Source of the DNA: a virus
Taxonomy: Duplodnaviria; Caudoviricetes
Direction: 5' to 3' (one strand)
DNA length: 64,000 nt
IMG/VR virus record: IMGVR_UViG_3300042870_001240
The notes under the pieces were generated by a model that was not told the origin of the DNA, made no database searches, and saw only the letters and a program-made list of their open reading frames with translations. The position numbers and the translations under genes were made by a program. Shown one piece after another: positions 18,134 through 26,773 of the stretch. Each line of letters starts with the position of its first letter. Within the stretch, counting starts at the first letter, position 1.

Positions 18134-18349
18134 TTTGAGAGTATCCTCCAACTGGATGTAATGGAGCGAATTGCGAAGCGTGGTGTATAACCCTTTAATT
18201 TGAGAGTCTCTTCCAACTAGTCATGCTTTCCGCTGAACCGTCTTTCAGGTGTATAACCCTTTAATTTGAGAGTCTCTTCCAACTACTAACGCATTCAAGA
18301 CTGGAAATGGCTCGGTGTATAACCCTTTAATTTGAGAGTCTCTTCCAAC
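18131..18349 (-). CRISPR. CRISPR-like mini-array C: three identical 36-nt repeats, one truncated repeat, spacers of 30/30/29 nt
   Basis: GTTGGAAGAGACTCTCAAATTAAAGGGTTATACACC at 18314-18349, 18248-18283 and 18182-18217; partial repeat 18131-18152. Confidence 0.85.
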
Positions 18350-18609
18350 CAGTAACTCAGAAATTCCTGTATTTCTTGGTATTCCATACCAAAAAACGAT
18401 TCAAAAAATGACCAAATTTCATCATAATCAAACAAAAAATCTTTATTTTTTTTATCCTGCTCCATCACAACTTCTCCATTTTTTTTAAAAAAAATTGAAT
18501 TAGGATATTTTTCAGATTTAACAATTTCTAACTGGTCTAAACCAAAGTTTTTGTTCATCCAACTTAACACGACATTGTTTAACTTATTTTCCGTTATTAT
18601 ATATTTCAT
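18295..18609 (-). CDS. Array-linked small protein, paralog C (104 aa)
   Basis: LEETLKLKGYTP comes from the repeat; SHFQS* comes from spacer 1. Confidence 0.85.
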   Translation of the reverse strand: MKYIITENKLNNVVLSWMNKNFGLDQLEIVKSEKYPNSIFFKKNGEVVMEQDKKNKDFLFDYDEIWSFFESFFGMEYQEIQEFLSYWLEETLKLKGYTPSHFQS

Positions 18610-18623
18610 TATTATGGATGATT

Positions 18624-20030
18624 TTATCCGTTATTAATCTTACTTTGTAAAACTCTCACAAATTCATTCTGAATCATTTTTGTGAATTTAACATATGGTG
18701 AGTCTTCGCTCTCAGAATCATATTTATAAGCTCCTGCCGGTGGTCTTTTTGACCTTCCAAGATAACTTAAACCCGAAATGTTAGTGATACATTTATGACC
18801 CCCACTGTTAGCCTGAATCAAATCCCAAGCATTAATTGTAATCTTATCTAACATCTCTTTTTCCTCCTCAGATAATTCGGTAAAAGGTTTTTCCATCATT
18901 TTACCAATATGAGTTAATGTTTCTTTACCGTTGTCCATTGTTTTGTATTTGTTACCATATAAAGCAACAAAGTCTTTAAATGTAAAACCGACAGACTCCG
19001 GTCCAAAACCTTTTGACCTTTCCGATATCCACTTAATTGTTGATAATGGGATTTCTTTTTCTTTTAAACTACCTTCCCACTTTGAAAGTACTTCTTGGGC
19101 AATTTCTCCTAAGTTAACCCCCTTTAATTCTCTTTCTTTCTTATAAGGATTACAAGACGCTTGTACCAAACCTAACGGCCAAGCAATAACAATAAAATCC
19201 GCTTCAGGATTATTTTTGAATGGGGTGTATCTATCATAAGACCCTGGCTTCATCATATTCCCACCACCGTATTGAACAATAATGTTACCCTCAACTTTAA
19301 CATTCGGATTGGTTTTCATTTGATTGATATAGGTTTCTTTATTCTTTTGTAATTCAGGTATTTTTGCATAACCTTTCTCAACCATAATTCTTTTAATGTT
19401 TTGTAATATATTCATTAAAGATGGTGAACATTTTAATACGAGTTCTTCTAAAAACCCTGGTTTGTTTTTAAAGGCCAATAACAATTTATTTGCGACCAAA
19501 CCTAAAGCCATTTTGTTTTTGGTTAAAGACGAATCTTTATCTAACTTAAATAAGTAATTAATAACTTGGTCAACAGAAATATCATTCATTGCAAAGTTTG
19601 CGGAATCTACAGTCGAAATTAATAAGATATCACTACTTGGGAATATTTCTCTTGGTGATACCACTTGGGAAATTGTCTCTACGTTGGACCTTGAGTGTCT
19701 AAATGATACTGATTTTGTGTCCTCAGCTCCCGCTTGTCTATCATGATGGTCAGTATGAATAACAAACATTGGTTTACCGTGAGCAAAATCAACAAGGACT
19801 GGCATTGTATCTCCCTGAGCATCATTCTTTTTAACGGAAAATTCTTTGTCCCCGTATTGGATGACATGGGCATCAACTACTTTAACCCCGTTGTCCTCAA
19901 GATATTTTTTCATCGCAATTGCGGTAGTAACACCATCTAAATCTTGATGGAAATAAATCTCCGCTTTAGGATATCTTTTAGCTAGTAGATTAATATCTCG
20001 TAACCCACTTTCTTTAATTAACTTTTTCAT
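18624..20030 (-). CDS. DHH-family phosphoesterase-like protein
   Basis: HQDLDG, LVDF, TDHH and SGGHK motifs. Confidence 0.7.
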   Translation of the reverse strand: MKKLIKESGLRDINLLAKRYPKAEIYFHQDLDGVTTAIAMKKYLEDNGVKVVDAHVIQYGDKEFSVKKNDAQGDTMPVLVDFAHGKPMFVIHTDHHDRQAGAEDTKSVSFRHSRSNVETISQVVSPREIFPSSDILLISTVDSANFAMNDISVDQVINYLFKLDKDSSLTKNKMALGLVANKLLLAFKNKPGFLEELVLKCSPSLMNILQNIKRIMVEKGYAKIPELQKNKETYINQMKTNPNVKVEGNIIVQYGGGNMMKPGSYDRYTPFKNNPEADFIVIAWPLGLVQASCNPYKKERELKGVNLGEIAQEVLSKWEGSLKEKEIPLSTIKWISERSKGFGPESVGFTFKDFVALYGNKYKTMDNGKETLTHIGKMMEKPFTELSEEEKEMLDKITINAWDLIQANSGGHKCITNISGLSYLGRSKRPPAGAYKYDSESEDSPYVKFTKMIQNEFVRVLQSKINNG

Positions 20031-20031
20031 A

Positions 20032-21174
20032 TTATATTAACGCTCCAATAACTTTACTCGCAGTTCCTCCCCCACCTCCGAATAATGATGCTAAGGCAGA
20101 TACTGGGTCTAACCCTCCTCCTCCACCTCCTGAAGATTGAGGTGACGTTGATGATGTTGATGATGTCGGTGGAGGTGGTGGGGAAACCTCTCCTTGACCT
20201 AAATCTTCTTGTGCGTATTGTTGGGCTTGATTAGTTTTTTCGTATTCATCAACTCTACCTTGTAAATTACCATATTGTTCTTCTAACTCATCAGGACCAA
20301 CAAAATTAGCAACCCCTAAAAAATCTAACAATCCTAAATACCATTTTGTTCTTCTCATAAGTGACCTTGTTGCTCTGTTACCCCAAAGTCTACCCATACC
20401 ACCCGAAATATATTTATTTGCAAAACTTTGTCCTTCACCTTTATAGTCTCTGAAACCTCTAAATGAACTTTGTTTCTTTAACTCGGTTGCTAATAATTCT
20501 TTTTCAGATTTAGTTAACGCCGCCTCACCTTTAGCCATAAGTTTACCTGTAATTTCGGTAGACGCTTTCATTTCTTTACTTGCTTTACCAAAAATACTAA
20601 CAAACTCTTCAACAGTTTTTACTAATCCAGTACCTAATAATGGTACTCTTCCAACAGAAGCTCTTAACATCGCAATTAATTTACTTCCCCAAGAAGGAAC
20701 CTTCTCAACTAATTTGGCAATAGGTCCACCCGCCATTTTTGCGGTCTTAGCCATTTTGGTAGCATCTCCTGCGATTGTTGCGGCTTTAAACGCTTTGGAT
20801 GCACTTCCACCTATTTTCATAACACCCACAACAGGTTTTGCAAGTAAATCTCCTAAATATGGTACTGCTGATACCCAAGATAAAATTGCAAATAATTTAT
20901 CTCCTTGTCTCCAATAACTAATTCCATTAACAATATCCACAACACCTGTAGGGTCAAAAATACCCACAATATCCCCAACTGTATTATACCAACGAGATTC
21001 GGTGACCAACATAGCCTTTTCAGGGTAAATTACTTTTAAAAATTCAAGAACAAATTGTCTATCAATTCCTGATAATTTATTCCATTTTTCGTCAAGAAGT
21101 TTTATTTGTTCTTCTTTGTATATTTTAACCATCGTTTCTTTTAGTTCCGATTCGGTAAGTGATAATTTATTCAT
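20032..21174 (-). CDS. Hypothetical protein with pre-toxin TG-like segment
   Basis: DPTGVVDIVNGISYWRQGDKLFAILSWVSAVPYLGD; Pro/Ser/Gly-rich tail. Confidence 0.5.
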   Translation of the reverse strand: MNKLSLTESELKETMVKIYKEEQIKLLDEKWNKLSGIDRQFVLEFLKVIYPEKAMLVTESRWYNTVGDIVGIFDPTGVVDIVNGISYWRQGDKLFAILSWVSAVPYLGDLLAKPVVGVMKIGGSASKAFKAATIAGDATKMAKTAKMAGGPIAKLVEKVPSWGSKLIAMLRASVGRVPLLGTGLVKTVEEFVSIFGKASKEMKASTEITGKLMAKGEAALTKSEKELLATELKKQSSFRGFRDYKGEGQSFANKYISGGMGRLWGNRATRSLMRRTKWYLGLLDFLGVANFVGPDELEEQYGNLQGRVDEYEKTNQAQQYAQEDLGQGEVSPPPPPTSSTSSTSPQSSGGGGGGLDPVSALASLFGGGGGTASKVIGALI

Positions 21175-21214
21175 ATGATATATTTTTATTTATAAATATC
21201 ATAGAAAATAAAAA

Positions 21215-21235
21215 AAGGGGTTGATTAAACCCCTT
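21215..21235 (-). terminator. Intrinsic terminator
   Basis: AAGGGGTT-GATT-AAACCCCTT. Confidence 0.6.
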
Positions 21236-22091
21236 CTTCAAAAACTAATTTACTTTGTTTTTTATCATCAACAAATGCTTGTATTCGTTTACGAGATATT
21301 TCACAATAATCAGGACTTAATTCAATCCCAATCCATCTCCTATCTAATATCTCAGCAGCAACACATGACGTTCCACTTCCGTTGAATGGGTCAAGAACAA
21401 TATCATTCTTATAAGATAATATCTTAATCGCCCTTGTAGGGATATCCATTGAGAATGTTGCCTTGGTTAAGGATTTAGTGTCAGCAAAATATTTCCATTG
21501 CCCAAACACCAATTCCATAAAATCTTTTTTATCAATATCCTCATAAACAACTTTTTTCTTAATTGTTCCATCCTCTTGTTCAATATCAGTTGGAACTCCC
21601 TTCCATTGGGGTTCTCCCTTAACAGTCTTAATATGTTTATGTTTGTAGGCTAATATAACACACTCTTTTGGGTTATAAATATAAGGGCTGGATGGACTCA
21701 TCCAACTACCCCAAGCAGTCGTCTTACTTCTATGGGGACTGTCTTCCTCAAGGTCAACGATACCGAAGAACTTATAACCAATTCTTTTCATAACTTGATA
21801 GACTTCAGAACAAAAGAAAATTCTACCACCTTTATCTTGTCTATTTATTTCGTAGGGGATATTTAACGCAATTCTACCATCGTCTTTTAATAACTGATAC
21901 GCTTCAGTTAACCATTCTTTAGTAAATTTTAGATATTCATCAAAATATACATCATCATTATGAACATCATAATTAATCCCAACACCATAAGGACAACTAG
22001 TCACAATTAAGTCAATTGAGTTTATCGGCATTTTTGACATTATGTCAATACAATCACCATTAATAACTTTACCCGTATAATTTTCTATCAT
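21225..22091 (-). CDS. Site-specific DNA methyltransferase (N4/N6, beta class)
   Basis: GDC, TSCPY (SPPY-like), VLDPFNGSGT. Confidence 0.85.
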   Translation of the reverse strand: MIENYTGKVINGDCIDIMSKMPINSIDLIVTSCPYGVGINYDVHNDDVYFDEYLKFTKEWLTEAYQLLKDDGRIALNIPYEINRQDKGGRIFFCSEVYQVMKRIGYKFFGIVDLEEDSPHRSKTTAWGSWMSPSSPYIYNPKECVILAYKHKHIKTVKGEPQWKGVPTDIEQEDGTIKKKVVYEDIDKKDFMELVFGQWKYFADTKSLTKATFSMDIPTRAIKILSYKNDIVLDPFNGSGTSCVAAEILDRRWIGIELSPDYCEISRKRIQAFVDDKKQSKLVFEEGV

Positions 22092-22321
22092 TTCTTTTCT
22101 AATGTTTTAATGTGATGTTCTAAATACCATAAAGCCTTTTTCAAATCTTGTAACTCTTTATCTGTTTCTTTTTTCCCTGCTCTTGAAATATACTTCACAG
22201 TATTCCCAAGTGAGAATCCCAAGTTCCAAGCATCAATAACCTTAATGGCTTCATATTCATTATTTTTTCCCCCATAATGACTCGGGTGGTCTACTTGTTC
22301 TTTATTTTTTTGGTTCTCCAT
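22088..22321 (-). CDS. DUF3310 family protein
   Basis: VDHPSHY...GNTVKYISRAGKK...DLKKALWYL. Confidence 0.85.
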   Translation of the reverse strand: MENQKNKEQVDHPSHYGGKNNEYEAIKVIDAWNLGFSLGNTVKYISRAGKKETDKELQDLKKALWYLEHHIKTLEKK

Positions 22322-22694
22322 AACTAATTGGTTCTAATAATAAATCTGTCTCACCAATAATAACTCTAAGTTTTGTTATCATCAAGTCGTCACCAGAATA
22401 AGAATGTTTTCTTTCAAAGTTAATACCCTTAACAATCATTTTTAATCCTCCAACAACAACTCCTGTTGGGTCTAAATACTCTAAGGTTATATCAGTAATC
22501 TCCAATAATTCTTTTGGGTTATATGAGTCTGTAACCGTTTCAAAAAACTCAGTTTTGAATACGATTGATTCTCCTTCATTATACATCTTATACTTTCTAA
22601 ACAAGTACGGGTTAATGTTTATTGGGTGAGTTTTAATAATCCATCTATTTTCCATTAAAGGCTGAAAAGGCACAAAATGTTTAAATTTTTCCAT
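22302..22694 (-). CDS. Tail-tube (gp19)-like paralog
   Basis: PLMENRW...ITLEYLDPTGVVV...YSGDDL. Confidence 0.45.
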   Translation of the reverse strand: MEKFKHFVPFQPLMENRWIIKTHPININPYLFRKYKMYNEGESIVFKTEFFETVTDSYNPKELLEITDITLEYLDPTGVVVGGLKMIVKGINFERKHSYSGDDLMITKLRVIIGETDLLLEPISYGEPKK

Positions 22695-22696
22695 AT

Positions 22697-23815
22697 TTAA
22701 TCTTTTTTATATTCGTTTAATAATTCTTCGGTAGTAAGGATTCCATTGTATTTTTTAGCAACCTCATCAAAGTTTTTAACACTAACATTACTATACATGT
22801 TGTGGGTTGTTGCGAGAAGTTCGTTAGCCATATCAATCGTTTCAGAAATAACTTTAACTATGTCATAAGGGTTTGCATTTGATGCTGGTCTTCTATCTTC
22901 AATATAACCTTTCCACTCTTTAGCCGTTGACACAGGAACTCGGATAGATGCTCCTCGGTCACTAATCCCCCAACTGAACTTATCAATTGATTGTGTTTCG
23001 TATTTACCTGTAAGTCTTAGTTCATTATCTGAACCATAAACTTCAATATGTTGATATCTTCTTGATTCCAAAGAATTAAATATTACGTTGAAGTATTCCT
23101 CCCCACCCTTATTTCTCATTATATCTGTCGAAAAGTTTGTGTGTAATCCTGACCCATTCCATTCACCATGTCTAATCGGTTTAGGATGGTATTCAATATA
23201 ATATCCATATTTCTCAGATAGTTTTTCCATTAGATATCTCGACATCCAAAGGTCGTCACCAGCCTTTAATTTACCTTTTGAGAATACTTGATATTCCCAT
23301 TGTCCTAAAGCCACTTCAGCGTTCACACCTGTAATGGTGATTCCCATATTTAAACATAAATCCATGTGCTCTTCAACAATATCTCTACCAACAACATTAG
23401 AACCTACACCGCAATAGTATTTTCCTTGACCTTCAATCAACCCTTCACTATGTCCTAACACTGGTTTGTTTTTACCTTCACGGATAAAATATTCTTGTTC
23501 AAATCCAAACCACATATCATTATCTTCGTCACCTAACTGTGCTCTTCTATTAGTTTCGTGAGGAGTCCCATCAGGATTCATAACCTCACATAAAACGTAT
23601 ATTTTAGATGTGTCAACATTTGTCCAATAAACTCTCACAGGTTTTAAAATACAATCAGAATTATTATCTTCCGCCTGTAGTGTTGATGACCCATCAAAAT
23701 TACATTCAGGAATTTTATGTAATTCACAGTTTTGTTCTTCAACAACTTTAATTTTACTTCTTAAATTTGGTTCAGGCGTATAACCATCAAGCCATATGTA
23801 TTCAATTTTTGTCAT
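22697..23815 (-). CDS. glnII: Glutamine synthetase type II
   Basis: FDGSST, GFEQEY, NAEVALGQWEYQV, HPKP, WNGSGLHTNFS, RGASIR, EDRRP. Confidence 0.92.
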   Translation of the reverse strand: MTKIEYIWLDGYTPEPNLRSKIKVVEEQNCELHKIPECNFDGSSTLQAEDNNSDCILKPVRVYWTNVDTSKIYVLCEVMNPDGTPHETNRRAQLGDEDNDMWFGFEQEYFIREGKNKPVLGHSEGLIEGQGKYYCGVGSNVVGRDIVEEHMDLCLNMGITITGVNAEVALGQWEYQVFSKGKLKAGDDLWMSRYLMEKLSEKYGYYIEYHPKPIRHGEWNGSGLHTNFSTDIMRNKGGEEYFNVIFNSLESRRYQHIEVYGSDNELRLTGKYETQSIDKFSWGISDRGASIRVPVSTAKEWKGYIEDRRPASNANPYDIVKVISETIDMANELLATTHNMYSNVSVKNFDEVAKKYNGILTTEELLNEYKKD

Positions 23816-24006
23816 TTGTTTTTATTTTTTATAGTGTAGTAATTATTTTCTTTACTAAGGATTCCATCTTCAACCAAACCATCCAAATATTCTTTAGCCT
23901 CAAATTGATTCGTCTTTAAGATATTAGAACTGATAAATTTCAAATCCAATGGTTGTCTTAATTTTGAAAAAAGTAATTTAGTATTAAACAATTTCTCCAT
24001 TCTCAA
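23812..24006 (-). CDS. Small winged-helix-like protein
   Basis: 64-aa ORF; EAKEYLDGLVEDGILS. Confidence 0.5.
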   Translation of the reverse strand: MRMEKLFNTKLLFSKLRQPLDLKFISSNILKTNQFEAKEYLDGLVEDGILSKENNYYTIKNKNK

Positions 24007-24181
24007 TCATTTTTAAAATTTCTTTATCTTCAACACCTTTTTCATATAGTTTGAATATTTTTGTGGACGCATCATCAGTAAAGATTAAAGCATCGGCAGA
24101 AAAAACTTTTGATAACGAATATTCGTTTTTTAAAAATTCTTTTATATTTTCTAATGTAACAATTCTTTTATTGAACCCCAT
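23984..24181 (-). CDS. Hypothetical protein
   Basis: 65-aa ORF within the operon. Confidence 0.6.
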   Translation of the reverse strand: MGFNKRIVTLENIKEFLKNEYSLSKVFSADALIFTDDASTKIFKLYEKGVEDKEILKMIENGEIV

Positions 24182-24959
24182 TTAATAATATTTTTTTAGT
24201 TTGATTATTTTCTTTTTTAACTGTCTGAATAATGTAAGACATAATCTTCCTTTTGAATATCGGAACCAGTGTTTCCTCTAAAGGGAATATCTCATCACAC
24301 AAAACTTCAAATAATGGAAATTTATGGGTCTTAACTTTTTCTTTAGTTGATAAAAAATTAAGGATAATATCGTTAATTGTCAAATCATCTTCTTTACCTT
24401 GATATATTAATTTCAAAAATGTTTTACTTTGTATATCTGTTTTGGACATTTTTCTTGTATTATATCTCCAAACATATAAGACTTCTTTAGTCTTATAGTA
24501 AAAAAATCCAATTTTTGATTCTAAATTGTTCTTGTTTTTTTTAACATTAATATTTATTGAGTCGTACACAATAGACCATATTGACTTAGTTATTCCAAAA
24601 TAATCCAGTAATTTTGGGTGACTATATTTTAGAATCTTTTGATATTCCAAAAACTCATCTTCAGCCATGACAGGAATATTCTTAACCTTAAGGTCAGATA
24701 ACATTAACTCATCGTCAAAGGACGATAAAATTTTTTCAGTATATAAAATTTGATTTTGATTAAGTAAAGTTTGTATATTCCCTAAATGTAGGGATAGTTC
24801 GGTGAACATAGGGTACACCTTCATCTCCTCAAGATTTTTATTTAGTTTTTGGAAATATCCAAGTAAGATATATTGTTTTTGTTCGGAATCGATAACTCCT
24901 TCAAATAACCAATCTGTATCCATCACAAACTTTAATTTATTTTTTCTAACCATACTCAT
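24168..24959 (-). CDS. Hypothetical protein
   Basis: 263-aa ORF. Confidence 0.75.
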   Translation of the reverse strand: MSMVRKNKLKFVMDTDWLFEGVIDSEQKQYILLGYFQKLNKNLEEMKVYPMFTELSLHLGNIQTLLNQNQILYTEKILSSFDDELMLSDLKVKNIPVMAEDEFLEYQKILKYSHPKLLDYFGITKSIWSIVYDSININVKKNKNNLESKIGFFYYKTKEVLYVWRYNTRKMSKTDIQSKTFLKLIYQGKEDDLTINDIILNFLSTKEKVKTHKFPLFEVLCDEIFPLEETLVPIFKRKIMSYIIQTVKKENNQTKKILLNGVQ

Positions 24960-25004
24960 TTTACTAAAAAAATATAAATAAAGTTTTACAATAAATAAAT
25001 AGAG

Positions 25005-26417
25005 TTACTCAACTCTCATGATATAATATGTTTCACCGTTAAAACTTTCCGAATCGTAACTACCATCATAACCATTCATAACCCCCCATCCATCAGTATC
25101 AACTAACGCTTGAGCTAATTCTTTTTCATCAATAAAATTTTTAATATCTAAACCCCAGTCATTAATAAACGATATTGGGTTATACAACGCATCATTAACT
25201 CTACCCTCAACAACTTTGTCAACCATTTCTTGAGTTGGTTCTTTATCTGGTTCAATATTATCTAATTCATCTTGGGCTTTATCACGATTCTCTGTCGCGT
25301 CATCAATCATTTTTTGAATCTCATCATGTCTTTGTGAATATTCGTCAGCATCTTCAATCTCATCCTCTAAATCAGATTGTTGTTCTTCCATTCTTTCAAT
25401 ATATTCGTCTAACTCTTCAATATAAGTTTCCAAATGTTCTTGTCGTTCTTCTTGTTCTGTAGTTAGTTCAAAATCATCATCATTAAAGTATACATCAGGA
25501 TTTTGCCAAATATCATCCTCATAATAATCTTCAACATAACTTTTAAGATAATCTGTATCAATATGGTCTTCAATAAAACTTTTATTTAATCCTTCGACAC
25601 CTACCTCATCAACAAACCCTTCAGCGTAATCTAAAGCCCCTTCTTCCATTTCCGAGTCCGTACCTACAGTATACATTCTATTCACTAAGTCATCCACACC
25701 AATAACCTCAAATTGTCCCATACCATAGAACTTATATGTGGTTGGAAATATATTATAAACATCCGCAGTGTCTTCTTCCAATTCACTTATTTCATCTTCA
25801 ATCTCACTAATCCTATCATTCAATTGATTATATCTATCAGACTCCTCTTCTTTGTCGTATTCCTCAGTTAATCGTTCTAATTCAATCTTTAAATTTTTAA
25901 GTGTTTCTTTTTGTTCATCGTCCAACTCTTTAATCTCACCTTCACTTACTAACCATTTAAATAACGCATTGGCTTTAAGACCTTCATCATCCATATCATC
26001 TATCGACCATTCATTATTCTGTCTTCTTTCCTCACCATCCGCCATTTTTATGGCTAATTCACGAGCCTTTCTTTTTCTTTCGATTGGTGTGTCACTATCC
26101 CAAACATATCTTTTCACCTCTATACCTGAAATATCTGATATGTTTGTATTAGCAATATTTAACGAACCTTCAATATATCCAACATTACCTAAGGAATCCG
26201 TTGGTGTATGACTAAGGTTTAAATCTCCTGTTATCCATAATGGTTTACCTTGGAACTTTGGTAACTTACTAATTCCTTTCCCATGATACCCAGATAACTT
26301 CATTAACTCCACATACTCTTCAGGACTTATTTTATAAAACTCGTCTTCTACCTGTTCAACTATATTCCTAACTATCTTACGTAGTTTACTTTCAGTTAGT
26401 ATGATTTTTTTTCTCAT
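25005..26417 (-). CDS. Highly acidic protein with short LRR-like segment
   Basis: GDLNLSHTPTDSLGNVGYIEGSLNIANTNISDI; D/E-rich body. Confidence 0.7.
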   Translation of the reverse strand: MRKKIILTESKLRKIVRNIVEQVEDEFYKISPEEYVELMKLSGYHGKGISKLPKFQGKPLWITGDLNLSHTPTDSLGNVGYIEGSLNIANTNISDISGIEVKRYVWDSDTPIERKRKARELAIKMADGEERRQNNEWSIDDMDDEGLKANALFKWLVSEGEIKELDDEQKETLKNLKIELERLTEEYDKEEESDRYNQLNDRISEIEDEISELEEDTADVYNIFPTTYKFYGMGQFEVIGVDDLVNRMYTVGTDSEMEEGALDYAEGFVDEVGVEGLNKSFIEDHIDTDYLKSYVEDYYEDDIWQNPDVYFNDDDFELTTEQEERQEHLETYIEELDEYIERMEEQQSDLEDEIEDADEYSQRHDEIQKMIDDATENRDKAQDELDNIEPDKEPTQEMVDKVVEGRVNDALYNPISFINDWGLDIKNFIDEKELAQALVDTDGWGVMNGYDGSYDSESFNGETYYIMRVE

Positions 26418-26531
26418 ATTAATAAATACCTTGTAATTAATAAAATAATTGATTTTATTTACAAATTAAGATTATTGGAGATATTTATTTATATAATAAA
26501 ACTAAAAATAAACCTTTAAAAATAATTTACC

Positions 26532-26675
26532 ATGTGCGGATGTAAAAACAAAAATAATGGAACTCAGGCTAAACCAGCACAAAGTGCTCAACCTAGCCAA
26601 TCTCAACAAGTTAAATCCCCTACTATTCAAGAGTCAATCAAGAAAGTAGTTGAGAAGTATTACAATAAAAAGTAA
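26532..26675 (+). CDS. 47-aa MCGC protein (not in the ORF track)
   Basis: MCGCKNKNNG...EKYYNKK*; ATATTTAT upstream, terminator downstream. Confidence 0.7.
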   Translation: MCGCKNKNNGTQAKPAQSAQPSQSQQVKSPTIQESIKKVVEKYYNKK

Positions 26676-26696
26676 TATTGTTACATTATCAGAATT

Positions 26697-26723
26697 GAAG
26701 AGGGTTTATCCCTCTTTTTTTTT
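26697..26723 (+). terminator. Intrinsic terminator
   Basis: GAAGAGGG...CCCTCTT followed by a T-run. Confidence 0.7.
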
Positions 26724-26773
26724 ATAATCTATTTAACATTGTCTTTTTTTTAACTATTAATTTCACATAATAA

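Noticed and set aside
17669-18294. tmRNA next to smpB
   Set aside because: No Ala-type G3-U70 acceptor ends or adequate length found.
18131-18349. DGR, shufflon or TIGR-Tas interpretation
   Set aside because: No reverse transcriptase or A-specific variation, no inverted sites or recombinase, and no Nop-domain protein or dual-repeat pattern visible.
148-18609. Genome-wide TAG recoding turning the arrays into repeat proteins
   Set aside because: Long ORFs are intact under the standard code, and gene C stops at TGA inside spacer 1.
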